Assembly: GCA_018725565.1 (NCBI GenBank)
Contig: QLUR01000006.1
Location: 7,902-71,901, forward strand
DNA length: 64,000 nt
DNA from: Bacillota bacterium
GTDB lineage: Bacteria > Bacillota > Dethiobacteria > Dethiobacterales > Dethiobacteraceae
Reading direction: 5' to 3'
Shown: positions 51,512-60,465 of the stretch, piece by piece
Layout of the letters: the number at the start of each line of letters is the position of its first letter
Position numbering within the stretch: the first letter of the stretch is position 1
Program-made: the position numbers and the translations under genes
The notes under the pieces: model-generated
Seen by the model: only the letters and a program-made list of their open reading frames with translations
Database searches by the model: none
Told to the model about the DNA's origin: nothing

Positions 51512-53662
51512 TCAGCCGCCAAGACGGTAAGTGTGGAAGACGTCCCGCACAGCGCTGACGTGCTTGAGAATATTATCCAGATGTTCTTTGTCGCGCACCA
51601 TAACTGTCATCTGGATAACTGACATCTTATCTTTGGTACTTTTGCCGTTGACAGCCGTAATATTGACCTTGCACTCCGAAACAGCGTTAACCACGTCCAT
51701 CAGGATGTGCGGCCTGTCCATGGCCGAAACCTCTATTTCCACCGGGTAGGATCCGTTACTCTCTTCCCAGGCCGCTTCCAAAACGCGCCCGGGCTGTACT
51801 TTGCTCTGCACGTTGGAGCAGTCCTGGCGGTGGATGGAGATGCCGCGTCCGCGCGTCACCAGCCCCAAGATTTCATCCCCCGGAACCGGGGCACAGCACT
51901 TGGCAAAGCGCACCAGCAGGTTATCCATGCCTGCAATCCTTACTCCTTTGCCCGCTTTACCCGGTTTTTGCGGTTTAAACTCGGCCGGCTTCTCCGGTTC
52001 AGGCCCGCCGTGCTTTTTGCGGTACTCTTCCTTAAGACGCATCACAGTCTGTTGCGGCGTAATACCACCCAGCCCCACCGTGATATAGACGTCTTCCTCT
52101 GAGAAGATATTAAACTTCTTTCCAGCTTCCTGGATAAGGGACGGTTTCAGGAAAACTTGAGGATCCAGTTCCTGCTTGCGCAGCTCTTTTTCCAGCAATT
52201 CTTTCCCTTTGCCCAGGTTCTCCTCCCTCCGCAGCCGCTTGAACCAGCCGCGGATTTTTGCTTTGGCGCCGGAGCTTTTAACTACGTTAAGCCAGTCTCG
52301 GCTGGGCGTCCCTTGTTTGGAGGTCATAATCTCCACGATTTCCCCGGTCTGCAGGGCGTAGTCCAGCGGAACCAGGCGGCCGTTTATACGTGCACCGATG
52401 CAGCGGTGGCCGATGTCAGTGTGAATTTTGTAGGCAAAGTCCAACGGGACTGAGCCAGCCGGCAGCTCTACGACGTCGCCCTTGGGCGTAAAGACGAAAA
52501 CTTCGTCGGCAAAAAGGTCCAGTTTAACGTTCTCCATGAACTCACTGGCATCTTTAGCTTCCTGCTGCATCTCCAGAATCTGGCGCAGCCAGGATAGCTT
52601 ATCGTCAAAGCTGATATTCTGTTTGCTGCCTTTCTCTTTATAGCGCCAGTGGGCGGCGATGCCGTACTCTGCCGTGCGGTGCATTTCCCAGGTGCGGATC
52701 TGCGCCTCCAGCAGTTCGTTTTTCCCCACCATTACCGTGGTATGCAGCGATTGGTACATATTAGATTTAGGCATGGCGATATAGTCCTTAAAGCGTCCCG
52801 GGATCGGCTTCCATAGTGTATGCACAATACCAAGCGCCCCGTAACAGTCTTTGAGGGAATCGACAATTATCCGAATAGCTGTCAGGTCATAGATTTCATG
52901 AAGTTCTTTTTCCTGCGTCTTCATTTTTTGGTCAATGCTGTACAGATGCTTGGGCCTTCCTGAAATCTGGGCCGTGATTCCGACTTCCGCGAGCTTTGGC
53001 TGCAGATTATTGACGATTTGCCCGATAAAAGCCTCCCGCTCCCGGCGTTTTTTAGCCAGTTTGTCCACCAGCTGGTAATAACGGTCCCGCTCCAGATAAC
53101 GAAAAGCCTGGTCTTCCAGCTCCCACTTAATTTTGTAAATGCCAAGACGATGCGCTAAGGGTGCGTAAATTTCCAGTGTCTCGCGAGAAATCTGCTGTTG
53201 CCTGATGGAAGTCAGAAATTTAAGCGTGCGCATGTTGTGCGTTCTGTCGGCCAGCTTAATCAACAGCACACGGATGTCTTTAGCCATGGCCAGCAACATC
53301 TTGCGCAGATTTTCCGCCTGGTGCTCTTCCCGGGATTTGTATTCCAGTTTGGATAATTTGGTAACACCGTCCACCAGCATAGCAATTTCAGAACCAAACT
53401 CCCGCCTGATATCTTCCAAGGTGGCTTCCGTATCCTCAACCACGTCATGCAGCAGGCCGGCCACGATTGTGTCAGTATCCATCTCCAGTTCCGCCAATAT
53501 CCTGCCCACCCCTAACGGATGAGTAATATACAGCTCACCGGAAAAACGCTTTTGCTCATGATGAGCATCAAACGCAAACCGGTAAGCCTTTTCCAGTACA
53601 TCCCAGTCAGGCTCAGTCGGATAGTATGCTTTAACTTGCGCCTTTAGATCTTCGAGCTTCAC
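51512..53662 (-). CDS. relA: bifunctional (p)ppGpp synthetase/hydrolase Rel
   Basis: ORF 51512..53875 trimmed to GTG 53660-53662 after GGAGGGAG; HD domain (HPLGV..., LHDVVEDT), synthetase (YQSLHTTV), TGS and C-terminal ACT. Confidence 0.92.
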   Translation of the reverse strand: MKLEDLKAQVKAYYPTEPDWDVLEKAYRFAFDAHHEQKRFSGELYITHPLGVGRILAELEMDTDTIVAGLLHDVVEDTEATLEDIRREFGSEIAMLVDGVTKLSKLEYKSREEHQAENLRKMLLAMAKDIRVLLIKLADRTHNMRTLKFLTSIRQQQISRETLEIYAPLAHRLGIYKIKWELEDQAFRYLERDRYYQLVDKLAKKRREREAFIGQIVNNLQPKLAEVGITAQISGRPKHLYSIDQKMKTQEKELHEIYDLTAIRIIVDSLKDCYGALGIVHTLWKPIPGRFKDYIAMPKSNMYQSLHTTVMVGKNELLEAQIRTWEMHRTAEYGIAAHWRYKEKGSKQNISFDDKLSWLRQILEMQQEAKDASEFMENVKLDLFADEVFVFTPKGDVVELPAGSVPLDFAYKIHTDIGHRCIGARINGRLVPLDYALQTGEIVEIMTSKQGTPSRDWLNVVKSSGAKAKIRGWFKRLRREENLGKGKELLEKELRKQELDPQVFLKPSLIQEAGKKFNIFSEEDVYITVGLGGITPQQTVMRLKEEYRKKHGGPEPEKPAEFKPQKPGKAGKGVRIAGMDNLLVRFAKCCAPVPGDEILGLVTRGRGISIHRQDCSNVQSKVQPGRVLEAAWEESNGSYPVEIEVSAMDRPHILMDVVNAVSECKVNITAVNGKSTKDKMSVIQMTVMVRDKEHLDNILKHVSAVRDVFHTYRLGG

Positions 53663-56039
53663 AAAATTCTCCCTCCGGTAAGGGGAATTTTTCGGGTTCT
53701 TGCAGGTAAACCGCCAACTCCCGCAAATCGCCCTGCCACCAAAAGTGTTGGTAGTGTTGAAATCTGTACACCGTCTGCAAACCGGACATAAAAGTTTCCG
53801 ATTGGCACAGCAACCTGGCAAAGTCCCCGGCTTCAATTCCGCTTGCTCCAATTTCCTCCAGTACCAGCAAAGCACGCTCCAGCAGGCGGCCGTTCAGGCG
53901 CTGGAAATGCGGGCTCCTTTCTTCAGGCGGTACAGAAGCCAGCTGGTAAAGCATATCGGCGCAAGGCTGGCAGGAGGCAAATATTTTTTCATTTAACTCT
54001 AAATCCTCAGGCCCATAAAGCAGGTAAACACGCGGGGTGTTGCGAAAACGCAGGCGGGCCAAAAATGACTCAACAGCCTCGCGGTCATACGGCAAGTGAT
54101 AAAAAACAGCAGCATCACAAACTATTTCTGTAAGTGTTTCCCCCCGCCGAATTACGCATGTCCTCCCCGGCGCGACTGCAGCCTGCAGGTTTTTTTGTGC
54201 CGCCTGGGTGTTAACAAAGACGGCCAGCTTTTCCCCTGCAGCCAGCTGCCGGAAAAAGCGCTCTTTTTCCGGCCGGTTACGCCGGTCAACCACCTGATAG
54301 GACAGGGGCTGAGTACAGGAATCCCCTGTTCCTGCACTTTGTACCTTATGCAAATCAATAACGTGCAGGGCAAGGCGAGATTGTCCCTGCCAGCTGTCTT
54401 CGCGCAGCCTGACGACCAAATCAGCAGCGTCTCCGCCTGCCGGCAGAAATTTTCTGCCGGCTGCTCCAAAACAGATGGCGCGGGCCTGCCGGCTGCCTTC
54501 ACGAACAGACAGCGCCAGATGCTTCCCGCCGTTGCCAACGAAATTGGCCGCCGCAATATTCATCCCGGCCAGCAGAAAAAGAGGCTCCGGGTTGCCTTCG
54601 CCAAAGGGCTGCAGGCGCTGCAGCTCCCTGGAGAGCTCCAGGGTAAGCTCATTTAATTCCGCTTCCGCCACCACGGGCTGTTGCGGCGCTGCCGGCCCAG
54701 AAAAACGAGCTGCGCTGCGGCAAAACGCCTCCCTGAACAATTCCAGCTTTGAGGTGTCCAGGGAAAGGCCCGCCGCTTCCGGGTGCCCGCCGAAGCCCAG
54801 CAGCAAATCAGCACAATCTGACAGCCTTTCCACCAGGTTGTAACCGGGCACACTGCGTGCCGAGCCGTGCGCTGAGGCACCCGCCGCGGCCAGCAGCACC
54901 ACGGGGCGCTGATACTGCTCGGCAAGCTTCCCGGCCACAATCCCAACCACCCCCGGATGCCAGCTTTCGTCCCACAGGACAAGGGCAGGGAGATCCGCCT
55001 GCTGCTTGGCCAATTCTACTGCCGCTGACAGGATTTCATTCTCCACCTTCTGGCGGCGACGGTTGCAGTTGTCAAGCTCAGCAGCAAGCGCCTCTGCTTC
55101 CTCCGTTGTCGCCAGCAGCAGCCTGACGGCTGGATCAGCGTCTCCAAGCCTCCCCGGGGCATTGAGCCGCGGCGCCAGGGCGTAGGCGACCTGTATCGCA
55201 CTGGTACTTTCGCCGGTCAGCCGGGCACGCCGCATCAGGGCAGCCAGACCCGGTGAAGGTTCACGGTGCAACCTGTCCAGCCCGTGGCAAACCACAAGCC
55301 TGTTTTCCCCTCGCAGGCTTGCCACATCAGCAATAGTGCCAAGCGCCACCAAGGGCAGATAGCGGAAGGTTTCCTCATCCCCTACGCCACAGCGCCTGTG
55401 CAATGCCCGCACCATAGTCCAGGCTACGCCGACCCCGGTCAGATTTTTTTCCGGGTAGGCGCAGCCGTGCAGCAACGGGTTAAGCACAGCCAATGCAGGA
55501 CGCTCACCGGCAAACGGCTGGTGGTGGTCAGTTATAATCAGGTCAAGGCCCAGTTCCCTGGCCAGGGCCATTTCAGCAAAAGAATTGATGCCGCAGTCTA
55601 CCGTAATTGCCAGCCGGCCTCCGCGTTCCGCCCAGTCTGCGAGCGGCGCGCTATGTAACCCATATCCTTCCTCCAGCCTTCCCGGAATATAATATTCAGC
55701 CGGCAGACCCAGCCGCCTGAAACAGTCAGTCAGCATGGCCACAGCAGTTACTCCGTCTACATCGTAGTCTCCGCAGACCAGTACAGGCTCCTGGCGCTCC
55801 ACAGCAGCCAACAGTCTCTCCACCGCCAGGTCCATGCCGGACATCAGCCAGGGATCGGCAAGCTCTTGCAAGTTACTGCTTAAAAAATTGCCCGCACTCT
55901 GCGGGCAGGTAAAACCTAGACGCACCAGGCAGGCAGCCGTCAGGCGATGAAGACCGAGCTCCCTTTGCAACAGGCGCACCGCCTCCAGTTCAAGAGGCGG
56001 TACATGCCACTTCCAGGAAGCAACACACTCTTTGCTCAT
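53631..56039 (-). CDS. recJ: single-stranded-DNA-specific exonuclease RecJ
   Basis: ORF 53631..56093; DHH motifs VCGDYDVDGVT, ITVDCG, ITDHHQ, DHHA1 GGH; ATG 56037-56039 overlaps secF stop as ATGA. Confidence 0.9.
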   Translation of the reverse strand: MSKECVASWKWHVPPLELEAVRLLQRELGLHRLTAACLVRLGFTCPQSAGNFLSSNLQELADPWLMSGMDLAVERLLAAVERQEPVLVCGDYDVDGVTAVAMLTDCFRRLGLPAEYYIPGRLEEGYGLHSAPLADWAERGGRLAITVDCGINSFAEMALARELGLDLIITDHHQPFAGERPALAVLNPLLHGCAYPEKNLTGVGVAWTMVRALHRRCGVGDEETFRYLPLVALGTIADVASLRGENRLVVCHGLDRLHREPSPGLAALMRRARLTGESTSAIQVAYALAPRLNAPGRLGDADPAVRLLLATTEEAEALAAELDNCNRRRQKVENEILSAAVELAKQQADLPALVLWDESWHPGVVGIVAGKLAEQYQRPVVLLAAAGASAHGSARSVPGYNLVERLSDCADLLLGFGGHPEAAGLSLDTSKLELFREAFCRSAARFSGPAAPQQPVVAEAELNELTLELSRELQRLQPFGEGNPEPLFLLAGMNIAAANFVGNGGKHLALSVREGSRQARAICFGAAGRKFLPAGGDAADLVVRLREDSWQGQSRLALHVIDLHKVQSAGTGDSCTQPLSYQVVDRRNRPEKERFFRQLAAGEKLAVFVNTQAAQKNLQAAVAPGRTCVIRRGETLTEIVCDAAVFYHLPYDREAVESFLARLRFRNTPRVYLLYGPEDLELNEKIFASCQPCADMLYQLASVPPEERSPHFQRLNGRLLERALLVLEEIGASGIEAGDFARLLCQSETFMSGLQTVYRFQHYQHFWWQGDLRELAVYLQEPEKFPLPEGEFCEARRSKGAS

Positions 56040-56944
56040 GCTGTCCTGGCTTTTGTTTTGCGGCCTGTTTCCGCCTCTTTCCAGATGAGCCACAGCGGTC
56101 CGGCCAAAAACACCGACGAAAAAGTTCCCAGGACAACGCCGGCGATCATTGCAGCCATAAAAGGTTGCAGCGTTACCCCGCCGAAAATGTACAGCACGAG
56201 CAGAACAAGCAGGGTCGTCACCACGGAATTGACACAGCGCACCAGCGACTGCCTGACGCTGGTTTCCACCAGGACTGACAGCGCCTCTTTGCGGCGGCCT
56301 TTCAGGTTTTCGCGAATGCGGTCAAAAATAATGATGGTGGCATTTACCGAATAACCGAGCGTGGTTAGTACTGCGGCCACAAACGGGCTGTTTACTTCCA
56401 GGCGGAACAGGTAAAAGAAGGTGACAATGGCCAGCGCGTCGTGGAGCAAGGCAATAATGGCGACAATAGCAAAACGGAACTCAAAGCGGATGGTGAGATA
56501 AATTACCATCAACAGGCTGGCTAGGAGCAGCGCCCACAGCGCTTGGCGCTGCAGTTCACCCCCTATTATCGGCCCAACGGTTTCTGCCCGCAGCAGAGCG
56601 TCTTCCTGCAGGGCAAAGCGCTCGCGGAAAGCGGTAAAAACCTCTGCCTGACGTTCCGCTTCCAGAGAAGGGGTCCTTATTAATAATTCCTGCTGTTCGC
56701 CAACGGCAGCGCCGAGCTCTCCGACTTTTTGCAGCGAACTGCCTTCCAGGCCGAAAGGCTTAAGCGTCTGCCGGACCTCCTCCAGGGTAAATTCACGGCC
56801 GATATTGAGGTGCAACAATGTCCCGCCGGTAAAATCAATGCCCAGATTCAGCCCGCCGGTCACCAGGGCCAGCAATCCGACCAGCATGACCAGCGCAGAA
56901 AAGGCAAAGGCATAATTCCTGACAGCCACAACACTGAACTTCAT
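56036..56944 (-). CDS. secF: protein translocase subunit SecF
   Basis: 302 aa, 6 TM, GIDFTGG motif, follows secD with 4-nt overlap. Confidence 0.9.
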   Translation of the reverse strand: MKFSVVAVRNYAFAFSALVMLVGLLALVTGGLNLGIDFTGGTLLHLNIGREFTLEEVRQTLKPFGLEGSSLQKVGELGAAVGEQQELLIRTPSLEAERQAEVFTAFRERFALQEDALLRAETVGPIIGGELQRQALWALLLASLLMVIYLTIRFEFRFAIVAIIALLHDALAIVTFFYLFRLEVNSPFVAAVLTTLGYSVNATIIIFDRIRENLKGRRKEALSVLVETSVRQSLVRCVNSVVTTLLVLLVLYIFGGVTLQPFMAAMIAGVVLGTFSSVFLAGPLWLIWKEAETGRKTKARTA

Positions 56945-58152
56945 TTCCTTTTTCCCCCTTCAGCGACAGCGCCGGCCAGCATGCCGGTCCTGACGCTCTG
57001 GCGCAACAGGAAACGCGTCAGATAAACAGCAGTAAACATGCTGGCCAGGACCCCAATGCTTAAAGTAGTGGCAAAGCCGCGTATCGGCCCGGTACCAAGG
57101 CCGAAAAGGACAGCAGCGGCAAACAGCGTCGTGACATTGGAGTCCAGAACGGCACGGAAAGCGCGCTGAAAACCGGCCTCGACAGCGTTGCGGGCCGCCC
57201 GCCCCTGGCGCAATTCTTCTTTGATGCGTTCAAAAATAACCACGTTGGCGTCTACTGCTATGCCGATGGAAAGGATTATGCCGGCGATGCCCGGCAGGGT
57301 CAAGACGGCGTTCAGCGCTGCCAGCGCCGCCATAACAATGGCCACATAACCAAGCAGGGCCACATTGGCCACGAGTCCAAAATAGCGGTAGTAGCCAAGC
57401 ATAAAAAGCAGCACCAGCACCAGCCCGGCTACACCGGCCCGCAGGCTGCGCTCGAGCGAGTCGGCGCCCAGCATTGGCCCGACAGCACGGGTTTCCAGCT
57501 CGGTCAGAGTTAGCGGCAACGCCCCGGAACGCAGCATCAGGGCGATGTTCCGTGTTTCCTCGGTAGTCATGTTCCCCTGAATAATGGCCCGTCCCTCGGT
57601 AATAACCGACTGCACAACAGGCGCCGAAACAAGTTCTTCATCAAGATGGATGGAAATGACCTGGCCGATAAACCTTTCTGTGGCCGCGGCAAATTTAGCA
57701 GTTCCCTCGGCGGTAAACTCCAGCCCCACCGCCGGCTGGTTCATCTCGTCAAAAGTAGAGTAGGCGTCCCTTAAATCACCGCCGGTCAGCAGCACCTCCC
57801 CGTCCGGTCCGGCAAACCTGAGCATTGCCGTGCGGCCGATAACCTCCCGCGCCGCCTGCTGGTCGGCAATCCCTGCCAGCTCGATGCGGATCCGGTCGGC
57901 TCCTTCGCGTTGAATGATCGGCTCGGTCAGTCCCAGAGCATCTATGCGATTACGGATCACGGTTATAGCGCGGTCAATGGCATCTCCGCCGCCCGCCCCC
58001 GCTGGGTCTTCCGCTTTCAACATCACATACACGCCTCCGCGCAGGTCCAGCCCTAGGTTAATGTATCTCACAGCCTGCCAAAACACCGCAGCGCTAATGA
58101 CCAGCAGCAAAAAGAACAGAAGAAAGAGAGGGAAACGGTTATTAGTCTTCAT
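56941..58152 (-). CDS. secD: protein translocase subunit SecD
   Basis: ORF 56941..58182 trimmed to ATG 58150-58152 (MKTNNRFPLF, GGAGG SD); LGLDLRGG, periplasmic P1 domain, 6 TM. Confidence 0.9.
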   Translation of the reverse strand: MKTNNRFPLFLLFFLLLVISAAVFWQAVRYINLGLDLRGGVYVMLKAEDPAGAGGGDAIDRAITVIRNRIDALGLTEPIIQREGADRIRIELAGIADQQAAREVIGRTAMLRFAGPDGEVLLTGGDLRDAYSTFDEMNQPAVGLEFTAEGTAKFAAATERFIGQVISIHLDEELVSAPVVQSVITEGRAIIQGNMTTEETRNIALMLRSGALPLTLTELETRAVGPMLGADSLERSLRAGVAGLVLVLLFMLGYYRYFGLVANVALLGYVAIVMAALAALNAVLTLPGIAGIILSIGIAVDANVVIFERIKEELRQGRAARNAVEAGFQRAFRAVLDSNVTTLFAAAVLFGLGTGPIRGFATTLSIGVLASMFTAVYLTRFLLRQSVRTGMLAGAVAEGGKRK

Positions 58153-58447
58153 GCCGCAAACCTCCTTCTGCGCATATTCCAAAAGACGCCTCCCCGGAGC
58201 AGGCGGGAAGGCTGTCCGCGTTAATTATAAACTTGTTGCCTGAGGATGTCAATTTGTGTTTTTTGTCACCTGTTCAAACAACCAACGATTCAGGCGCTTA
58301 CTTGAAGGTATTTCCGGCAGGATACCCCGGCATTGTTCTATCGAGTAAAATATAGCATGCATAATTTGTATGTTGCCCCCTTTCAGCAGGCATTGATTTT
58401 GCTGATACCGTATGATATTATAAATTCTGGGAGGTGGGAAAAACTGT

Positions 58448-58681
58448 ATGCGCCCGGAAACCCCTCCAAGAACACATGACTTGATCATTCTGATGAAGAA
58501 AGGAAAGCCTCCTTTGTCAGAACAGCAGCAGGAGATCGTGGGTAGCTTTGCCATCATGGGAGTAGCCACCAGGTACCCGGTAAGCTTGTCGCCTGCATTA
58601 AAGCAGTACTCGAAAGATATTGCAAAAGAGTACTTAGACCGCGCTCAGGAGGTAATCGAATGTCTGCGAAGAGGACTATAG
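58448..58681 (+). CDS. HEPN-domain protein, apparently N-terminally truncated
   Basis: 77 aa: ...PPRTHDLIILMKK...GVATRYP... = C-terminal two-thirds of a HEPN (PF05168-type) domain; overlaps the downstream MNT gene by 22 nt; upstream DNA shows only out-of-frame HEPN-like scraps. Confidence 0.5.
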   Translation: MRPETPPRTHDLIILMKKGKPPLSEQQQEIVGSFAIMGVATRYPVSLSPALKQYSKDIAKEYLDRAQEVIECLRRGL

Positions 58682-58998
58682 ATGAAATAGTACGCGCATA
58701 CCTGTCTGAACTGGGAAAATACGGCCTAAAAGTGGAACGTGCCTATCTTTTCGGTTCTCAAGCCAGAGGAGATGCTTATCCGGATAGCGATATAGACCTG
58801 TTGCTGGTTTCATCAGCGTTTGCTGAAATGCCTATCTCTGAGCAGTGGAAAATCCTTGGGAAGGCCGTTCTTGCCCTGATGGAGCCGATTGAACCTCTGG
58901 CCTATACCCCTGAAGAGGTGCAGGCTTGCCTGGAACGCGAGGGAAATTTTATCAGACATATCCTTCGCCAGCCAGAAACGGTCGAGTATCAGCAATAG
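58660..58998 (+). CDS. minimal nucleotidyltransferase (MNT) antitoxin-type protein
   Basis: 112 aa, YLFGSQARGDAYPDSDIDLLLV signature (GS-x9-12-DxD). Confidence 0.8.
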   Translation: MSAKRTIDEIVRAYLSELGKYGLKVERAYLFGSQARGDAYPDSDIDLLLVSSAFAEMPISEQWKILGKAVLALMEPIEPLAYTPEEVQACLEREGNFIRHILRQPETVEYQQ

Positions 58999-59028
58999 CA
59001 GGAAGCTGTTTTTTCCAGGAATCTTGCA

Positions 59029-59511
59029 TTACGCTCCAAACTTCCAAAGGCGAACGGTGAAGCGGTCCTCTTCTTCGATAAGGTCCGGGTCAGTTCCGTT
59101 GTGCTCACGCATACCGCGGACGATCTTTCGAGGCACACCCAGTCCGGTTGCTTCAACGTAACGATAATCGCGAAGGACCTCCTTGATCAGCTCGTTACGC
59201 GATGCGCGGTAGCCGGATCGCATCTTCTCCACCGTCACTGTGTTCGGAAGCCGCCCCGGCGAGATGACCTCCAGGCGGTTGGAGTAAATCGAGAGTTCAA
59301 TGTCACTGACGGTAATCGTATAATCGCGGTGCGCAATCGCGTTGACCACGGCTTCACGAACCGCATCCAGCGGGTAGTCCCAGCGCTCCTGCCGTCGTCC
59401 GCCATTGTCGATCCAGGCCTTCACCTCGATGTTTCTGCGTACGAAATCGAGTGCCTGCTCGATCACGCCGGCGTAGACCGTGTCAGGGTTCCCGGAGAAC
59501 GTGCGGGACAT
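59029..59511 (-). pseudogene. C-terminal fragment of an AlbA_2/HATPase_c_4-type putative regulator (Schlafen-like ATP-binding protein)
   Basis: 160 aa containing DAVREAVVNAIAHRDY and a C-terminal wHTH-like tail; full-length relatives are ~400-480 aa; upstream part replaced by the MNT gene ending at 59530. Confidence 0.55.
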
Positions 59512-59529
59512 AAGCTGAATCTCCGGCCG

Positions 59530-59859
59530 CTATAACTGCTTCGCCGTTTTCAAAAGTTCAGCTGCAAAGCGGCTGTTTTTGATTTCCTCTAAAGTATATA
59601 CAAAGAGGTCCATTGATACAGGAAACTGACCCGGCAGATAATCAGGTACTCTGTCATGAGGCAATCTACTATCAGCTTCAAGCACGATGAGAAGATCGAC
59701 ATCGCTGTACGGGGTATAATTTCCCTTGGCCCATGAGCCGCAAAGATAGACAGCCAATACCTCCGGCCTTTCTTTAAGCCGGTCCGCGTATAGTTTTATG
59801 GCGTTTCTGACAACAGTCTCGTCAACCGCGATAATTCTTACAGAAGTCAATAATCTCAC
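59530..59859 (-). CDS. minimal nucleotidyltransferase (MNT), second copy
   Basis: ORF 59530..59925; AVYLCGSWAKGNYTPYSDVDLLIV; start uncertain (GTG 59857-59859 or TTG 59848-59850), overlaps HEPN gene end. Confidence 0.75.
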   Translation of the reverse strand: MRLLTSVRIIAVDETVVRNAIKLYADRLKERPEVLAVYLCGSWAKGNYTPYSDVDLLIVLEADSRLPHDRVPDYLPGQFPVSMDLFVYTLEEIKNSRFAAELLKTAKQL

Positions 59860-60154
59860 CTGCAATTCTAATGGCCAGATCCGCTTCTTCTGCGGTATAA
59901 AAATCGGTAGGAGCACCGACCTCAAAACCGTTGGGGTAACGCGCCGGTATATAATGCTTGTCTAAAATTTTAGCTCCGGTAAGCAAATTTGCAGGAATGG
60001 TCTCTTTTGCAGGAAAGTTTGACAGCAGAATAGATACCGTATGGCCCCAAGCATCCAGGTGATGCCTCTGGAACAGGGCTTTTACTGCCTGGCGCTGCCG
60101 CTCGTCCAGCTTGAGGTAAGCCCTCTTGAAGCGCTCGGCCCGTTCGAACCTCAC
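59822..60154 (-). CDS. HEPN-domain protein
   Basis: 110 aa, ...QAVKALFQRHHLDAWGHTVSILL...LDKHYIPARYPN...YTAEEADLAIRIAGEII; GTG start overlaps the upstream stop as GTGA. Confidence 0.7.
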   Translation of the reverse strand: MRFERAERFKRAYLKLDERQRQAVKALFQRHHLDAWGHTVSILLSNFPAKETIPANLLTGAKILDKHYIPARYPNGFEVGAPTDFYTAEEADLAIRIAGEIIDFCKNYRG

Positions 60155-60357
60155 GAGTCCAGCTCCTCCAGCAGTTCATCAACACTCTGGAAAGCCTTTG
60201 CTCTTCCGGCTTTGATGTCCGCCTGCGCCTGTCTCTCTGCTTCCTGCCATTCTGCAGTCCAGAACCAGGCCTGTTCCGCAGGAACCAGTTTCATTGGCAC
60301 CAGCACGATTTTGCCGTCTTCAATCATTATATACCCTATTTTATTCGGAAGTGACAA
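60151..60357 (-). CDS. small AbrB/SpoVT-tail-like antitoxin-type protein
   Basis: 68 aa, EDGKIVLVP then AEQAWFWTAEWQEAERQAQADIKAGRAKAFQSVDELLEEL, a C-terminal pattern I associate with AbrB-type antitoxins; N-terminal half of the swapped-hairpin domain seems missing. Confidence 0.45.
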   Translation of the reverse strand: MSLPNKIGYIMIEDGKIVLVPMKLVPAEQAWFWTAEWQEAERQAQADIKAGRAKAFQSVDELLEELDS

Positions 60358-60399
60358 TATTCGGATGCTGAAAAGATGATGCGCCTCCCCGAGTTATGG

Positions 60400-60429
60400 T
60401 TGACACCCTGGGCAAAATATTGCTATATT
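60400..60429 (+). promoter_or_regulatory. promoter-like element (copy B of the duplicated 30-nt motif), pointing antisense into aroB
   Basis: GGTTGACACCC-tgggcaa-AATATTGCTATATT: TTGACA (60400-60405) - 18 nt - TGCTATATT (-10 at 60424-60429). Confidence 0.45.
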
Positions 60430-60465
60430 TGCTCCTTTGTCATCTGTTTTAACATCCAAACCTTA

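Noticed and set aside
58249-58569. 106-aa minus-strand ORF upstream of secD.
   Set aside because: It has no SD and no recognisable motif, and it overlaps the HEPN-like remnants on the plus strand. It is probably noise in a decayed region.
59822-60154. The idea that the 110-aa ORF is a chimera of a RelE/ParE-like toxin N-terminus (RFERAERFKRAYLKLDERQRQAV) fused to a HEPN C-terminus.
   Set aside because: The same residues also fit the first two helices of a compact HEPN domain (A..dl..A ... QAvEKALKAL pattern). A single short HEPN protein is more parsimonious.
60130-60160. tRNA T-arm-like string CGTTCGAACCT.
   Set aside because: It lies inside the HEPN coding frame. No acceptor or anticodon stems can be drawn around it.
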